DNA from: Candidatus Saccharimonadota bacterium
GTDB taxonomy: Bacteria > Patescibacteriota > Gracilibacteria > UBA1369 > 2-02-FULL-48-14
Reading direction: 5' to 3'
DNA length: 32,000 nucleotides
Assembly: GCA_016699145.1 (NCBI GenBank)
Contig: CP064962.1
Location: 510,001 to 542,000, forward strand
The translations under genes were made by a program, and so were the position numbers. The stretch's first letter is position 1, and each line of letters starts with the position of its first letter. The notes below the pieces were generated by a model that ran no database searches, had not been told where the DNA came from, and saw only the letters and a program-made list of their open reading frames with translations. This document shows positions 1 to 9,184 of this stretch, piece after piece.

Positions 1-330
1 CCCAATAAAAAGCATGAGCAAAAGCATCCACATCAAAGCAGAGAGCAAAATGCGAAAGCCCGTCATGTGACTTTTTTGATCTTGGGCATAATAAAGCGGA
101 AAGCCGAACAAAATCAGCGCTTGAGTCGCACACAGAAAAACAAAGACAAAAGCCATAAAAAAGAGGTCGAGTTGCACCACTCCATGAACATTCATCCACA
201 AAGCAAAGAGCGGGAAAACCAACATGCAAAGCCCTAAAGAGAGCATGGAAAGCACCGCGAGCACAAAACCTATCGCGAGGATTTGTCGGTTCGTGAACGT
301 TTTACTTTTGAAGAGTTTGAAGAAAGACAT
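1..330 (-). CDS. Hypothetical multi-pass membrane protein (partial; 3' end lies outside the window)
   Basis: The reverse-strand ATG (CAT at 328-330) opens a frame that stays open to position 1. It translates as MSFFKLFKSKTFTNRQILAIGFVLAVLSMLSLGLCMLVFPLFALWMNVH..., with several hydrophobic helices. No family was recognised. Confidence 0.45.
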   Translation of the reverse strand, partial: MSFFKLFKSKTFTNRQILAIGFVLAVLSMLSLGLCMLVFPLFALWMNVHGVVQLDLFFMAFVFVFLCATQALILFGFPLYYAQDQKSHMTGFRILLSALMWMLLLMLFIG

Positions 331-425
331 GCGTGGAGGAGGTCAAGGATATAAGGATATCCAATAAGGAGCAGCACCAATAAAAGAAAATAGCTCATGA
401 TTGGACTTTACTGTATCCTACGCTC

Positions 426-1010
426 ATGCCACTCACCATTTCAACCCTCGGATGGATTTTGGCCATCCTCATCCTCATTCCCACCCTGTACGCCATGATG
501 AAGGGAGCCCCTTTTGTGCCCACCCCCATGGAACAGGTAAGGCGCATGCTCAAAGCCGCCGACCTCAAACCGGGTGAGCGCCTCTACGACCTGGGCAGCG
601 GAGACGGACGCCTTGTGCACACCGCCGCACGCAAATACAAAGCCAAGGCCATCGGTTACGAACTTTCACCCTTGGTTTGGGCTTGGTCCATTGTTTTAAG
701 TCTTTTTTGGAGGAGCACGGCGAAACTGCGCTTCGCTAATTTTTGGACCAAAGACCTTTCGGATGCCGATGTGGTGGTTTGCTACTTGCTGCCCCCCGCA
801 ATGAAAAACTTAAAAAAGACAATCATCCCTCAGCTCAAACCTGGCACTCGCTTGGTTTCTCATGCCTTTGAAGTAGAGGGATGGATTCCTTATGCAAAAG
901 TGGAGAGGGATCGCGAAAAAAAGCTCGGACCAGTGTGGGTTTATAAAATCGGAGCAGAAAAAAGCATTCCAAAACATAGAGCCAAAAAAGTCCACTCAAA
1001 GAAAGCGTAA
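426..1010 (+). CDS. Class I SAM-dependent methyltransferase with an N-terminal transmembrane helix
   Basis: 194-aa ORF. It has an N-terminal hydrophobic helix followed by GAPFVPTP, and a glycine-rich SAM-binding motif I (LYDLGSGDGRLV). Confidence 0.7.
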   Translation: MPLTISTLGWILAILILIPTLYAMMKGAPFVPTPMEQVRRMLKAADLKPGERLYDLGSGDGRLVHTAARKYKAKAIGYELSPLVWAWSIVLSLFWRSTAKLRFANFWTKDLSDADVVVCYLLPPAMKNLKKTIIPQLKPGTRLVSHAFEVEGWIPYAKVERDREKKLGPVWVYKIGAEKSIPKHRAKKVHSKKA

Positions 1011-2304
1011 AACTCAAAGAAGCCGCTGGCAACTCCGCACCCCAAAGCGCCAATTTTTCAATGGCAGCTAAAAAGGCCCAAGCGGGTGCCATAAAAAAAG
1101 GAAACAAAAGCCCCAAAAAAGCCGTGAGCATGGCCAGCGGCAACAAAGGAGCCACCAGCACATTCACAAAAGGTGTAACCCACGATGTTTGGCCAAAACA
1201 ATAAAGCATGAGAGGTAAAGTGGTGATCTGCGCCGCAATCGTCAAGAAAAGTGCCTCTTTTAACGAAGCGGTCCAAGCGGGCAAACGCTGCATAAAAGTC
1301 AAACGGCCCTCCAAAACCGGCACAAAAACCAAAAGCCCCAAAGTGGACAAAACAGAAAGTTGAAAACCCACGTCAAAAAGCAGCAAATAAGGGTTCCAAA
1401 ACACGAGCAAAACCACGCTCCAAAGCAGTCCGAATAAAGCCGTGCTGCGTCGCCCAAAATAAAGGCCCCACAAGGTGAGCACACCCATCACCGCAGCACG
1501 AATCACCGTGGAAGTGGCTCCGACCAAAAGCACAAAAATAGCGAGCACCGCAACGCTGGCAACGATGCGCCAACGGAGCATCAAAAAAGATAATAAGGTG
1601 AAAACCGTGGCAATGACCAAACTGATATTGGCCCCAGAAATGGCTACAATGTGCAAAAGTCCAACCGTACGAAAGGCCGTGGTGAGTTCCGGTGACATAC
1701 CCTTGCGACTGCCCAAAAGCAAACCCGCCGCAAAACTGGATTCCGGCTCGGGCAATAAAAGCTGCAAACGGCGTTCCAAAATGGATTTAAAACGGTAAAG
1801 TTGACGACGAAAACTGTTCTCGCCCTCTTTTTTAATTTTCACCGTCGCATCGGACATCAAAGCCACCACCCCCTGACGAGCCAAATAATTTTTGTAAGAA
1901 CCGACTTCTTCTTCCATGGCACTGCGCAACTCCAGCTCGCCTTGCAATTCCAACTCATCGCCAAATTCAAGGTCTTCATAAATAGAAACTTGCGCCAGCA
2001 CTTCGCCCTCTTCGGTGTACAAAGAAATATTTTGAAAAGCACTGCGCCGATCCACTTCCTCACCAATGACACCATGAACACTTTGAAAACCCCCCTTAAA
2101 TGAAGTCTGCAAACTCGCTTCATAATGCTGAACTCGCCCAATGCCCAACACAAAAAACAAGAGACAAAAAAGCGGTTTTTTTCGAAGCAAGAAGAGCACT
2201 GGACAAAGCCATAAAAAAGTCCCGTAATGCATGGGGACATCAATGAAACTTTCCAAGCTCACACCTAGAAGAAAAGCGCTAGCAAAAGCCAAATTCAAAA
2301 GCAT
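835..2304 (-). CDS. comEC: ComEC/Rec2-family DNA internalisation channel protein (short form)
   Basis: 489-aa polytopic membrane ORF with the competence-domain signature region ...GLLHIVAISGANISLV.... It has an N-terminal membrane anchor plus an OB-like soluble insert. No C-terminal metallo-beta-lactamase motif is visible. Confidence 0.75.
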   Translation of the reverse strand: MLLNLAFASAFLLGVSLESFIDVPMHYGTFLWLCPVLFLLRKKPLFCLLFFVLGIGRVQHYEASLQTSFKGGFQSVHGVIGEEVDRRSAFQNISLYTEEGEVLAQVSIYEDLEFGDELELQGELELRSAMEEEVGSYKNYLARQGVVALMSDATVKIKKEGENSFRRQLYRFKSILERRLQLLLPEPESSFAAGLLLGSRKGMSPELTTAFRTVGLLHIVAISGANISLVIATVFTLLSFLMLRWRIVASVAVLAIFVLLVGATSTVIRAAVMGVLTLWGLYFGRRSTALFGLLWSVVLLVFWNPYLLLFDVGFQLSVLSTLGLLVFVPVLEGRLTFMQRLPAWTASLKEALFLTIAAQITTLPLMLYCFGQTSWVTPFVNVLVAPLLPLAMLTAFLGLLFPFFMAPAWAFLAAIEKLALWGAELPAASLSFTLSLSGLFWLYVLECFFLLRFYKPTLVRAFFRDPSPLLHKESIPLLQRHEKPSECQV

Positions 2305-2445
2305 AAAGAAAGCCTAACAAAAAAGTCCTGACAAATCCCTGAAATCACGAAGTGAATTCCTCCGACAGAAGGACGGAGTTTTTGTGAAGCAAAAAAAGGG
2401 TTTGAAAGCATATACAAATCCCTGAAATCATTTAAAATACATGGG

Positions 2446-3882
2446 ATGAATCCGTTCCACACCCATCCCATTCAAAAGCTCCAAAAAAAGGAGCAGTTCA
2501 ATAAAAAAGCCGTCCAAGCCGAGCGCTGGATCCACAGCCACTGGATTTTAAGCCTCATCGCTCTTGTTTTGGGCTTGCTCACCCTCAAAGGAGTCTATGG
2601 AACCTGGCATGCCGGTCACTCCATTTCGGTGAAGCAAATTTTTATGGAAGCCGTGGGCAGCGGCTTGAAAACAGATGGACAGGGCCACACCAACATCCTG
2701 CTCCTCGGAGTGGGCGGTGAAGGCCACGACGGGGAAAACCTCACCGACACCATGATTGTCGCCTCTCTCAATCAAAGTGAAAACACTGTGTCCATGGTGT
2801 CCATTCCTCGCGATCTTTATGTGGAAACCGAGGCAGTGGGTTGGGGCACGCGCGTCAACAGCATTTACGAACTGGTTTACGATGAAAGCGAAGATCGGGC
2901 CATTGCTGAAGCCGCACTCGAAGAAGAGCTTGAAAGCATGATGAATATAGACATTCAATACTATGCAAAAATCGATTTCAACAGTTTCAAAGAAATCATC
3001 GATGCAGTGGATGGCATCACAGTAAACGTGACCGAAGATATCGCCGACCTAGCCTACCCGGCCGACCCGGGCTCTTCGAGTGTATACGATCCCTTTTACC
3101 TTTCGGTGGGCACCCACACTTTGGATGGAGAAACGGCCCTCAAATACGTGCGCAGTCGCCACAACACTTCCGACTTCAGCCGAGCGCAACGTCAACAAGA
3201 AGTCTTGCAAGCACTCAAAGACAAAGCCACCAGCTTGGGCGTACTGACCAGTCCCAGTAAAATAAAAGATTTATACTCGGCCATCGCCAACAATTTTGAA
3301 AGCAATATGTCCCTCACCGAACTGCTCGCCTTAGCGGAATTCGGCTCCGATTTAGAAGAAGGCGCCATACAAAATGCGGTTTTCAACGACTTGGCTTACA
3401 CCAAAGGCGGCTTTCTTTACACTCCAGAACGAGAGGAAGGCGACCCCTATTATTTGTTTCCCTACGCCGGGGACTTCAGCGAACTGGCTCTCTTTGCTCG
3501 CGTCTTTTTATACCATCCTGAAATCGCACGTGACCAAGTGACCATTCGAGTGCTCAACGGAACCAAAACATCCAGTTTGGCCGGCCTCACAAAAATGATG
3601 TTGGTGCGCTACGGTTTCAATGCCCTGCCTCCACAAAACGCCGAAACCAAGGATGTGATAAAAACGCAAATCTACCTTTTGCCCACTTCCACCGAAGAGG
3701 AGCAAGAAATTGTGGAACGAACGGCTCAACTCATCCCTCTGCTTGTGGATGGGGAAATCAGTGAAGACGTGCCCCCCGCTTACCAAAGCGATACAGAAGC
3801 CCAAATTGTGATCGTATTGGGCGCTGATTTTGCAAGCTTTTACGCAGAGCACGAGGAGCTCTTTTACATCGGCTTCTACTAA
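2446..3882 (+). CDS. LytR-CpsA-Psr (LCP) family cell-envelope phosphotransferase with a LytR_C-like C-terminal domain
   Basis: 478 aa. It has an N-terminal TM helix and the LCP core NILLLGVGGEGHDGENLTDTMIVASL...VSIPRDLYV...ALKYVRSRH...DFSRAQRQQ. The C-terminal VTIRVLNGTKTSSLAG is LytR_C-like. Confidence 0.85.
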   Translation: MNPFHTHPIQKLQKKEQFNKKAVQAERWIHSHWILSLIALVLGLLTLKGVYGTWHAGHSISVKQIFMEAVGSGLKTDGQGHTNILLLGVGGEGHDGENLTDTMIVASLNQSENTVSMVSIPRDLYVETEAVGWGTRVNSIYELVYDESEDRAIAEAALEEELESMMNIDIQYYAKIDFNSFKEIIDAVDGITVNVTEDIADLAYPADPGSSSVYDPFYLSVGTHTLDGETALKYVRSRHNTSDFSRAQRQQEVLQALKDKATSLGVLTSPSKIKDLYSAIANNFESNMSLTELLALAEFGSDLEEGAIQNAVFNDLAYTKGGFLYTPEREEGDPYYLFPYAGDFSELALFARVFLYHPEIARDQVTIRVLNGTKTSSLAGLTKMMLVRYGFNALPPQNAETKDVIKTQIYLLPTSTEEEQEIVERTAQLIPLLVDGEISEDVPPAYQSDTEAQIVIVLGADFASFYAEHEELFYIGFY

Positions 3883-3897
3883 AGCTAAAATAAAACC

Positions 3898-4371
3898 ATG
3901 TTTCAAAATCTGCTCTCTTTGTTCTTGGCCAGTACCTTAAGTTTTTCTTCCATTTCAATGGAAGAGGAAAACAGCTTCGACGCCAAAAGCCTGTTGAGTG
4001 TTTCCCCCCTACCCATACAAAAAGAAGACATGGAATCCCCCGGCACCCTTTATGCCGACAGCGCCTTGGCCATTGATCTGGAAACTCAAAGCATTTTGTA
4101 CGAAAAGAACAGCTTCAAGAGACGGCCCGTGGCCAGCCTGACCAAACTGATGACGGCTTACATCGTGCTCAAAGAAAACGACCCCAGCAGCATTGTGACC
4201 GTGAGCGCCCACGCTGCTGAAACTCAAGGTTCACGCATGGGCCTCAAAACGGGGGAACAAATCAGCGTGCGCAATTTGCTCTACGGCCTGCTCATTGAAT
4301 CCGGGAACGATGCAGCCGTAGCCTTGGCTGAATTCAATGCCGGGGACGAAAGCAGCTTCATTAAAAAATGA
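3898..4371 (+). CDS. Serine-type D-Ala-D-Ala carboxypeptidase (peptidase S11/PBP5-like), N-terminal fragment
   Basis: Contains a signal-peptide-like N-terminus, the SxxK active-site motif (ASLTKLMT) and the SxN motif (ESGNDAA). It ends ...ESSFIKK at a TGA that overlaps the next ORF's ATG. Confidence 0.8.
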   Translation: MFQNLLSLFLASTLSFSSISMEEENSFDAKSLLSVSPLPIQKEDMESPGTLYADSALAIDLETQSILYEKNSFKRRPVASLTKLMTAYIVLKENDPSSIVTVSAHAAETQGSRMGLKTGEQISVRNLLYGLLIESGNDAAVALAEFNAGDESSFIKK

Positions 4372-4772
4372 ATGAAGAAGCTGAGAATTTGGGCCTCGAA
4401 AACACTCATTATGCCAACACCAGTGGCCTGGACAGCAGCAGCGCCTACTCCACAGCGCACGATCTTTTGGTACTCAGTTCACATTTATTGGAAGATGAAG
4501 GCATCCGTGAAATCGTAAAAAACACCACTTACGAAGTGAAAAGTGAAGACGGACAGCAAGTGCACAAACTCACCAACACCAATGTCTTGCTGGGCCAATT
4601 GGGCATTTCGGGTCTCAAAACCGGAACCACCGCCATGGCCGGAGAATGCCTAGTGGCTTTGGCTAAAAACGAAGACGGCCATGAAATTTTAACCATAGTG
4701 CTGGGCAGTTCAAATCGTTTCATTGACACCAAAATTTTAGTCGACTGGATCTACCAGGCCTACTCTTGGTGA
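4368..4772 (+). CDS. Serine-type D-Ala-D-Ala carboxypeptidase, C-terminal fragment (frame differs by one base from the N-terminal fragment)
   Basis: Begins MNEEAENLGLENTHYANTSGLD, the conserved segment that directly follows the SxN region in S11 enzymes. It also contains the KTG motif (GLKTGTT). It is collinear with the upstream ORF with no residues missing. Confidence 0.8.
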   Translation: MNEEAENLGLENTHYANTSGLDSSSAYSTAHDLLVLSSHLLEDEGIREIVKNTTYEVKSEDGQQVHKLTNTNVLLGQLGISGLKTGTTAMAGECLVALAKNEDGHEILTIVLGSSNRFIDTKILVDWIYQAYSW

Positions 4773-4791
4773 ACCCTGCTCTCAATTTTTT

Positions 4792-5850
4792 ATGTTTCCA
4801 ATCACAGAAACCGTCCGCCATCTCATTCTGATTGTCGGCTCCGCCACCCTCGCCTTCAGCTTCGCTTTTCTTGCAGCCGAACCCTTCATTGCATGGCTCA
4901 CCAAACACAAAATCGGTAAAAATATTCGCACCTTAGCCATCGACGGAAAAGAGGCAGATCTTTTTCACAAACTGCACAGCAAAAAAGCCGGCACCCCAAC
5001 CATGGGGGGCATCCTCATTTGGGCCAGCACTTTACTCGTCGTACTTTTCTCTCGCGTGCTCTCTTATTTTGGAATTTTTGAACACTCGCTACTCAACCGA
5101 CGCGAAACCTATCTCACCATAGCCACTTTGCTTTTTGTGGCTTTACTCGGAGTCATAGACGACCTCTACAACATTCGCGGCTGGGGTAAAAGTCACGGCC
5201 TCAACGCACAGCCTAAAATGATTTCGTTGCTGTTTTTTGCCTTCGTTGCCGCCTTATGGTTCTACTTTAAACTGGATTTCAACTCCATCCATGTGCCCGG
5301 CATCGGAGACTTTGCTTTAGGCTGGCTCTACATTCCCATCTTCATTTTTATTATAGTGGGCAGCTCTCACGCCATGAATTTCACGGATGGATTGGATGGA
5401 CTCGCCGGCGGTCTCAGCGTCATTGCTTTTGGCACCTACAGCGCCCTCTCTTACGCCCATGGCATGCTCATCCTCTCGGCATTTTGCGCCGTGATTGCAG
5501 GAGCTTCTTTGGCTTTTTTATGGTTCAATATCGCTCCAGCCCGCTTCTACATGGGGGACACCGGTTCCATTGCACTGGGGGCCACTCTAGGTGTCATTGC
5601 CATGCTCACCGACACCCTCTTCATTTTGCCCTTCATCGCCTTCATTCCAGTTTTAGAAACACTCAGTGTCATCATTCAATTGTTCTCTAAAAAATTCTTC
5701 GGACGAAAAGTCTTTCGCATCGCTCCCCTTCACCACCACTTTGAACAAATGGGCTGGCCCGAAACTCAAGTGGTCATGCGCTTTTGGATCGTGGGAGGAC
5801 TCATGGCCACGTTTGGCTTACTTCTGGGGCTCGTCGGAATGGGGGACTGA
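4792..5850 (+). CDS. mraY: Phospho-N-acetylmuramoyl-pentapeptide transferase
   Basis: 352-aa polytopic protein with the hallmark MraY motifs VIDDLYN, NFTDGLDGLAGG, MGDTGS and APLHHHFE. Confidence 0.95.
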   Translation: MFPITETVRHLILIVGSATLAFSFAFLAAEPFIAWLTKHKIGKNIRTLAIDGKEADLFHKLHSKKAGTPTMGGILIWASTLLVVLFSRVLSYFGIFEHSLLNRRETYLTIATLLFVALLGVIDDLYNIRGWGKSHGLNAQPKMISLLFFAFVAALWFYFKLDFNSIHVPGIGDFALGWLYIPIFIFIIVGSSHAMNFTDGLDGLAGGLSVIAFGTYSALSYAHGMLILSAFCAVIAGASLAFLWFNIAPARFYMGDTGSIALGATLGVIAMLTDTLFILPFIAFIPVLETLSVIIQLFSKKFFGRKVFRIAPLHHHFEQMGWPETQVVMRFWIVGGLMATFGLLLGLVGMGD

Positions 5851-7614
5851 GGAAGGCGATGAACTGAAACGAGGGTCTAAAATTTGCGGTTCCACCAGGG
5901 TCTCTTCCACGGCACGAATATCAATAACCACCGTATCCACAGGCGCTTCCATTTGCTCCTCAATTTCATTGAATTGTTCCTCCAGTTGAGAAGGAATAGA
6001 AGCATCATTTTTAATGTGCTCATACAAATCCTCTTGCACAGAAAGCTCATCCTTAGTCGCTTCAAAATAAGCGTCAAAAGAATCCATTTCTTTTTCCCTC
6101 AAACTCAAGGCCATCACACTGAGTTCCTTGAGTACACTGGCATTCATATCCACGCTTTCAGAAAGTTCAGGCATGGTTGCAATGACTTTTAAAAGCTGCA
6201 CGTCCGCAAGTTTTTGATCCAAGAGTTGAGAAACCGCAGCCTCGCGATCCTCCATGTTCAAATCTTGCAAATCCGCCACCAAAGACAAGGAAGATTGATT
6301 GTAAGCTTCGAGCACCGCCACCGCCTCATCGAACTGCCCTTCCGCAATCAAATCTGGAACAAGTTGCAAGGAAGCGTTGGCATCCAAATGAGCTTGCAAC
6401 ATGGTATTGGTCTTCATGTCCACATGATCGGTCAGCGCTTCTTTTTGAACCTCATCTTCTAAAACCAATAACGCTTCCGAAGGCGAAGTGGCCTCCACCG
6501 CTTCCACGGTTTCTTCATACACTTTCATCACCGCCGCCGCCGATTCCGTCTCCCCTTGCGCCAAAAGAGCCTGGGCCTCATTCAAACGCGTCTCGGCTTG
6601 TTGGAGCAAAACATCTTGCTTGGCGCCTTCAGTAAAGGCAAAAGAAACCTGCAAGCTTTCGCGGAAAGTCTTTAAAAAGTAGAAGGGATTGCCCGGCAAA
6701 ATACTGGCATGACTGATGTTTTCCCGCTTGTAATTCTCATCCAAAGTACGCGCATAAGCTTTTCCATAAGCCAAATTGAAAGTCCACCAAACGTCCTTTT
6801 GGTCTTCCTCAGAAATTTCCTGAGTTTCGATACTGCTCGAAACCGAAAGTTCAGCCCCTTGACCCAAAAAACCCGAATAAACCCCATCTGCGGCCTTCAC
6901 CTCCAGCTCCACCAAATTGCGAGCCACTTCCACAGTAGCAGCCTCCTCAGAAACTTGAAGATCAAAACTGGCCCTTTGATTCACCCAAACTTTGCCTTGA
7001 GGAAAATGCACCGCAAACGAAGCTTCGTCTGTCAGATTCAAAACCTGAGACCAAGAACGTCCCTCCTCCTGCAGAAGTTCCACATGGCTCTTGCTGCGAT
7101 CCGCAGGATCAATCCACGCGTCCACAATGTCCACTTTGGAGGAAGGCCCCAAAGTCAAACGGCTGTCGTCCACAAAGGTCAAATGGGCCAAAGACCCCTC
7201 CCCGGTTTCCACCGAATCCCCAACTTGCAAAAGAGTGGTGCCTTTGACTTGTACTCCATTGACATAGACCTGTCCCTCTACAAGCTCCAAAACATTTTGC
7301 GAAGAGGCCGCCACACTGGGCATCAGATCCATAAGAGGCACAAACAAAACGCCGAGCATGAGGCTCAGCGTACCCAAAGAAAGCAATCGAGAAGGGAAAA
7401 AAGCCTTGGCGGGAGTCAACTCTCGCTCAGGTAAAAGATCCAGAAGATGTTCTTTAGCCTGCACTTTTTTGAGTTGAGAAAGGGGCAAATCTTGGACTCC
7501 AAAACGAAGTGCAGAAAACACCGGTGCGAAGTGTACATTTTCACGATCCGGCAGCTTGGCTTCCAGGCGCTTCCAAATGCGTCTTTTCGCGAGTTCAATA
7601 TTGGGTTCTTTCAT
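5818..7614 (-). CDS. Putative membrane-anchored anti-sigma factor (FecR-like domain plus DUF5667-like helical domain)
   Basis: 598 aa, starting 34 bp downstream of the ECF sigma gene on the same strand. It has a short cytoplasmic N-terminus and a single TM helix (LLSLGTLSLMLGVLFVPLM). A FecR-like beta region (GDSVETGEGSLAHLTFVDDSRLTLGPSSKVDI) follows, then ILPGNPFYFLKTFRE and a long acidic helical tail. Confidence 0.55.
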   Translation of the reverse strand: MKEPNIELAKRRIWKRLEAKLPDRENVHFAPVFSALRFGVQDLPLSQLKKVQAKEHLLDLLPERELTPAKAFFPSRLLSLGTLSLMLGVLFVPLMDLMPSVAASSQNVLELVEGQVYVNGVQVKGTTLLQVGDSVETGEGSLAHLTFVDDSRLTLGPSSKVDIVDAWIDPADRSKSHVELLQEEGRSWSQVLNLTDEASFAVHFPQGKVWVNQRASFDLQVSEEAATVEVARNLVELEVKAADGVYSGFLGQGAELSVSSSIETQEISEEDQKDVWWTFNLAYGKAYARTLDENYKRENISHASILPGNPFYFLKTFRESLQVSFAFTEGAKQDVLLQQAETRLNEAQALLAQGETESAAAVMKVYEETVEAVEATSPSEALLVLEDEVQKEALTDHVDMKTNTMLQAHLDANASLQLVPDLIAEGQFDEAVAVLEAYNQSSLSLVADLQDLNMEDREAAVSQLLDQKLADVQLLKVIATMPELSESVDMNASVLKELSVMALSLREKEMDSFDAYFEATKDELSVQEDLYEHIKNDASIPSQLEEQFNEIEEQMEAPVDTVVIDIRAVEETLVEPQILDPRFSSSPSSVPHSDEPQK

Positions 7615-7647
7615 ATCAATACATAAAACGAAAAACTCGAGCTTTTA

Positions 7648-8220
7648 TTACAAAAATTCTTTTTCAATGCCTTTCTCTGCCAAAAGAGATTTGAGTTCTT
7701 TAAGAGCTCGGAACTGAAGCACACGAATATTGCCTTCTCGTTCCCCTAAAATTTCGGCGATTTCGGGGTTGGACAAACCAATCAAAAATTTCAAAGTGAT
7801 GACTTGCTTGTAAGGCTCTTTAAGCTGATCAACCGCCTCGCGAATTTCTTTGCTCAGTAGATTTTTTTCAGCCATCGCCTTGGGCGCACTGTGCTCGGAC
7901 TTATCTTCGAGGCGTTCATCAATCGAAGCAAGGCTACGATGCTGACGCCTGAAATCGATGATGGCATTATGCGCGATCCTAAAAAGCCAAGCCGAAAATT
8001 GCACATCGCGTTTTTCATATTTTTCCAAATTCATCCACGCCTTAATGAAAACGAGCTCACACAAATCATCAGCCTCAGAAGCAGGCACGCGAAAAAAGAT
8101 GTACTTATAAATGGATTCAAAAAACAAATCGTAGAGTTTTCCGAAAGCTTCTTTGTCGCCTTCTTGAGCGGCAAAAACCAGAGCATCAACATCAAAAGGA
8201 TTGGGCGTAGAGTTGGGCAT
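7648..8220 (-). CDS. ECF-type RNA polymerase sigma-70 family factor
   Basis: Region 2 (GDKEAFGKLYDLFFESIYKYIFFRV...FSAWLFRIAHNAIIDFRRQ) and region 4 (YKQVITLKFLIGLSNPEIAEILGEREGNIRVLQFRALKELK) are both present. I prefer the ATG at 8220 (MPNSTPNPF...). The longer ORF to 8295 would overlap fbp. Confidence 0.85.
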   Translation of the reverse strand: MPNSTPNPFDVDALVFAAQEGDKEAFGKLYDLFFESIYKYIFFRVPASEADDLCELVFIKAWMNLEKYEKRDVQFSAWLFRIAHNAIIDFRRQHRSLASIDERLEDKSEHSAPKAMAEKNLLSKEIREAVDQLKEPYKQVITLKFLIGLSNPEIAEILGEREGNIRVLQFRALKELKSLLAEKGIEKEFL

Positions 8221-8248
8221 GGGCGCGTGGATTGGAACGCAAAAAAGA

Positions 8249-9145
8249 CTATAACATAGCCTTGCAAACTTTTTCCACTTCTTCTTGAGTCCCAAGATAA
8301 ACGGGCGTCTTTTGAGTCAGTGAAGCAATCTCAAGATCAAGGATAGAAATTTTTCCATTGCTGCTGGCCCCCCCCGCTTGCTCCATTAAAAAAGCCATGG
8401 GGCCACATTCGTACATCAACCTGAGCTTGCCCTCGGGTGCACTGGGCATACCCGGATACATAAAAACGCCGGAGCCTTTTTTGAAAATATGATTGAGATC
8501 CGGCACCATCCCCCCAGAGTAACGCAGGGTGTATTGCTCCGTGATGAAGCAGTTCACCAGCTTCAAATAATCCTCTCGCTCCGCCGTGGCACGCAAATTT
8601 CCGGGCGCAAAATATTTTTTGCCCGCCGCCACTTTTACATCCTCACTCACTTGCACCCATCCCTCTGCAGTCAGTAAAAATTCTTGCACTCCCTTGCCAA
8701 TCGAAAGCATCACCGTCGTGCGAGGACCATACACAGCATAAAGCGCCGCGACCTGCTCACGTGGGGTGTGGCCCAGCACTTTCTTCAACGGATAAATCCC
8801 CACGATGGTGCCCACTGAAAAATTGACATCAAAGAGGCTGGAACCATCCAGCGGGTCGTGAAAAACACTGAAGATTCCCTCTGGATTCGCCTCTTGCATT
8901 CCATCCTGTTCTTCACTGCAATACGCTGCCACATAAGGATTCGTTTTGAGTGTGCGATTCAAAATTTCATCCGCCATCACATCCATGGCGATTTGCTCTT
9001 CCCCGTACGCATTTTGGCTGCCCGCTTTTTTGGTGCTGGCTTGAAGGATGGATTTAGAAATGTCTTCAATAGCACGGCCCAATTCGACCAGCAATTCCGC
9101 CAGTTCAGAAGTGGCGCCGCGATGAATGAGAAAGTCATAGTTCAT
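8249..9145 (-). CDS. fbp: Fructose-1,6-bisphosphatase, class I
   Basis: Motifs present: GEEQIAMDVMAD, FHDPLDGSS, YTLRYSGGMVPD and GKLRLMYECGPMAFLMEQAGG. I prefer the ATG at 9145 (MNYDFLIHRG...). A GTG at 9175 is an alternative start. Confidence 0.9.
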   Translation of the reverse strand: MNYDFLIHRGATSELAELLVELGRAIEDISKSILQASTKKAGSQNAYGEEQIAMDVMADEILNRTLKTNPYVAAYCSEEQDGMQEANPEGIFSVFHDPLDGSSLFDVNFSVGTIVGIYPLKKVLGHTPREQVAALYAVYGPRTTVMLSIGKGVQEFLLTAEGWVQVSEDVKVAAGKKYFAPGNLRATAEREDYLKLVNCFITEQYTLRYSGGMVPDLNHIFKKGSGVFMYPGMPSAPEGKLRLMYECGPMAFLMEQAGGASSNGKISILDLEIASLTQKTPVYLGTQEEVEKVCKAML

Positions 9146-9184
9146 ACATTTGTCAGAATAACGTCCAAACTTCACAAAGGCAAA

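Noticed and set aside
4369-4371. The possibility that the in-gene TGA of the carboxypeptidase reflects UGA recoding (genetic code 4 or 25)
   Set aside because: The downstream half is in a different reading frame, so read-through of TGA would not restore the protein. TGA also serves as a normal stop elsewhere, for example at gap (25522-25524).
8221-8295. N-terminal extensions of several ORF-track entries: sigma factor to 8295, fba to 11484, clpB from 13256, VanW-fusion from 22726, HNH to 10072
   Set aside because: The extensions overlap upstream genes or the CIRCE operator, use non-ATG codons in some cases, and add residues absent from the conserved N-termini of the families. Internal ATG starts fit better, though the exact starts remain uncertain.
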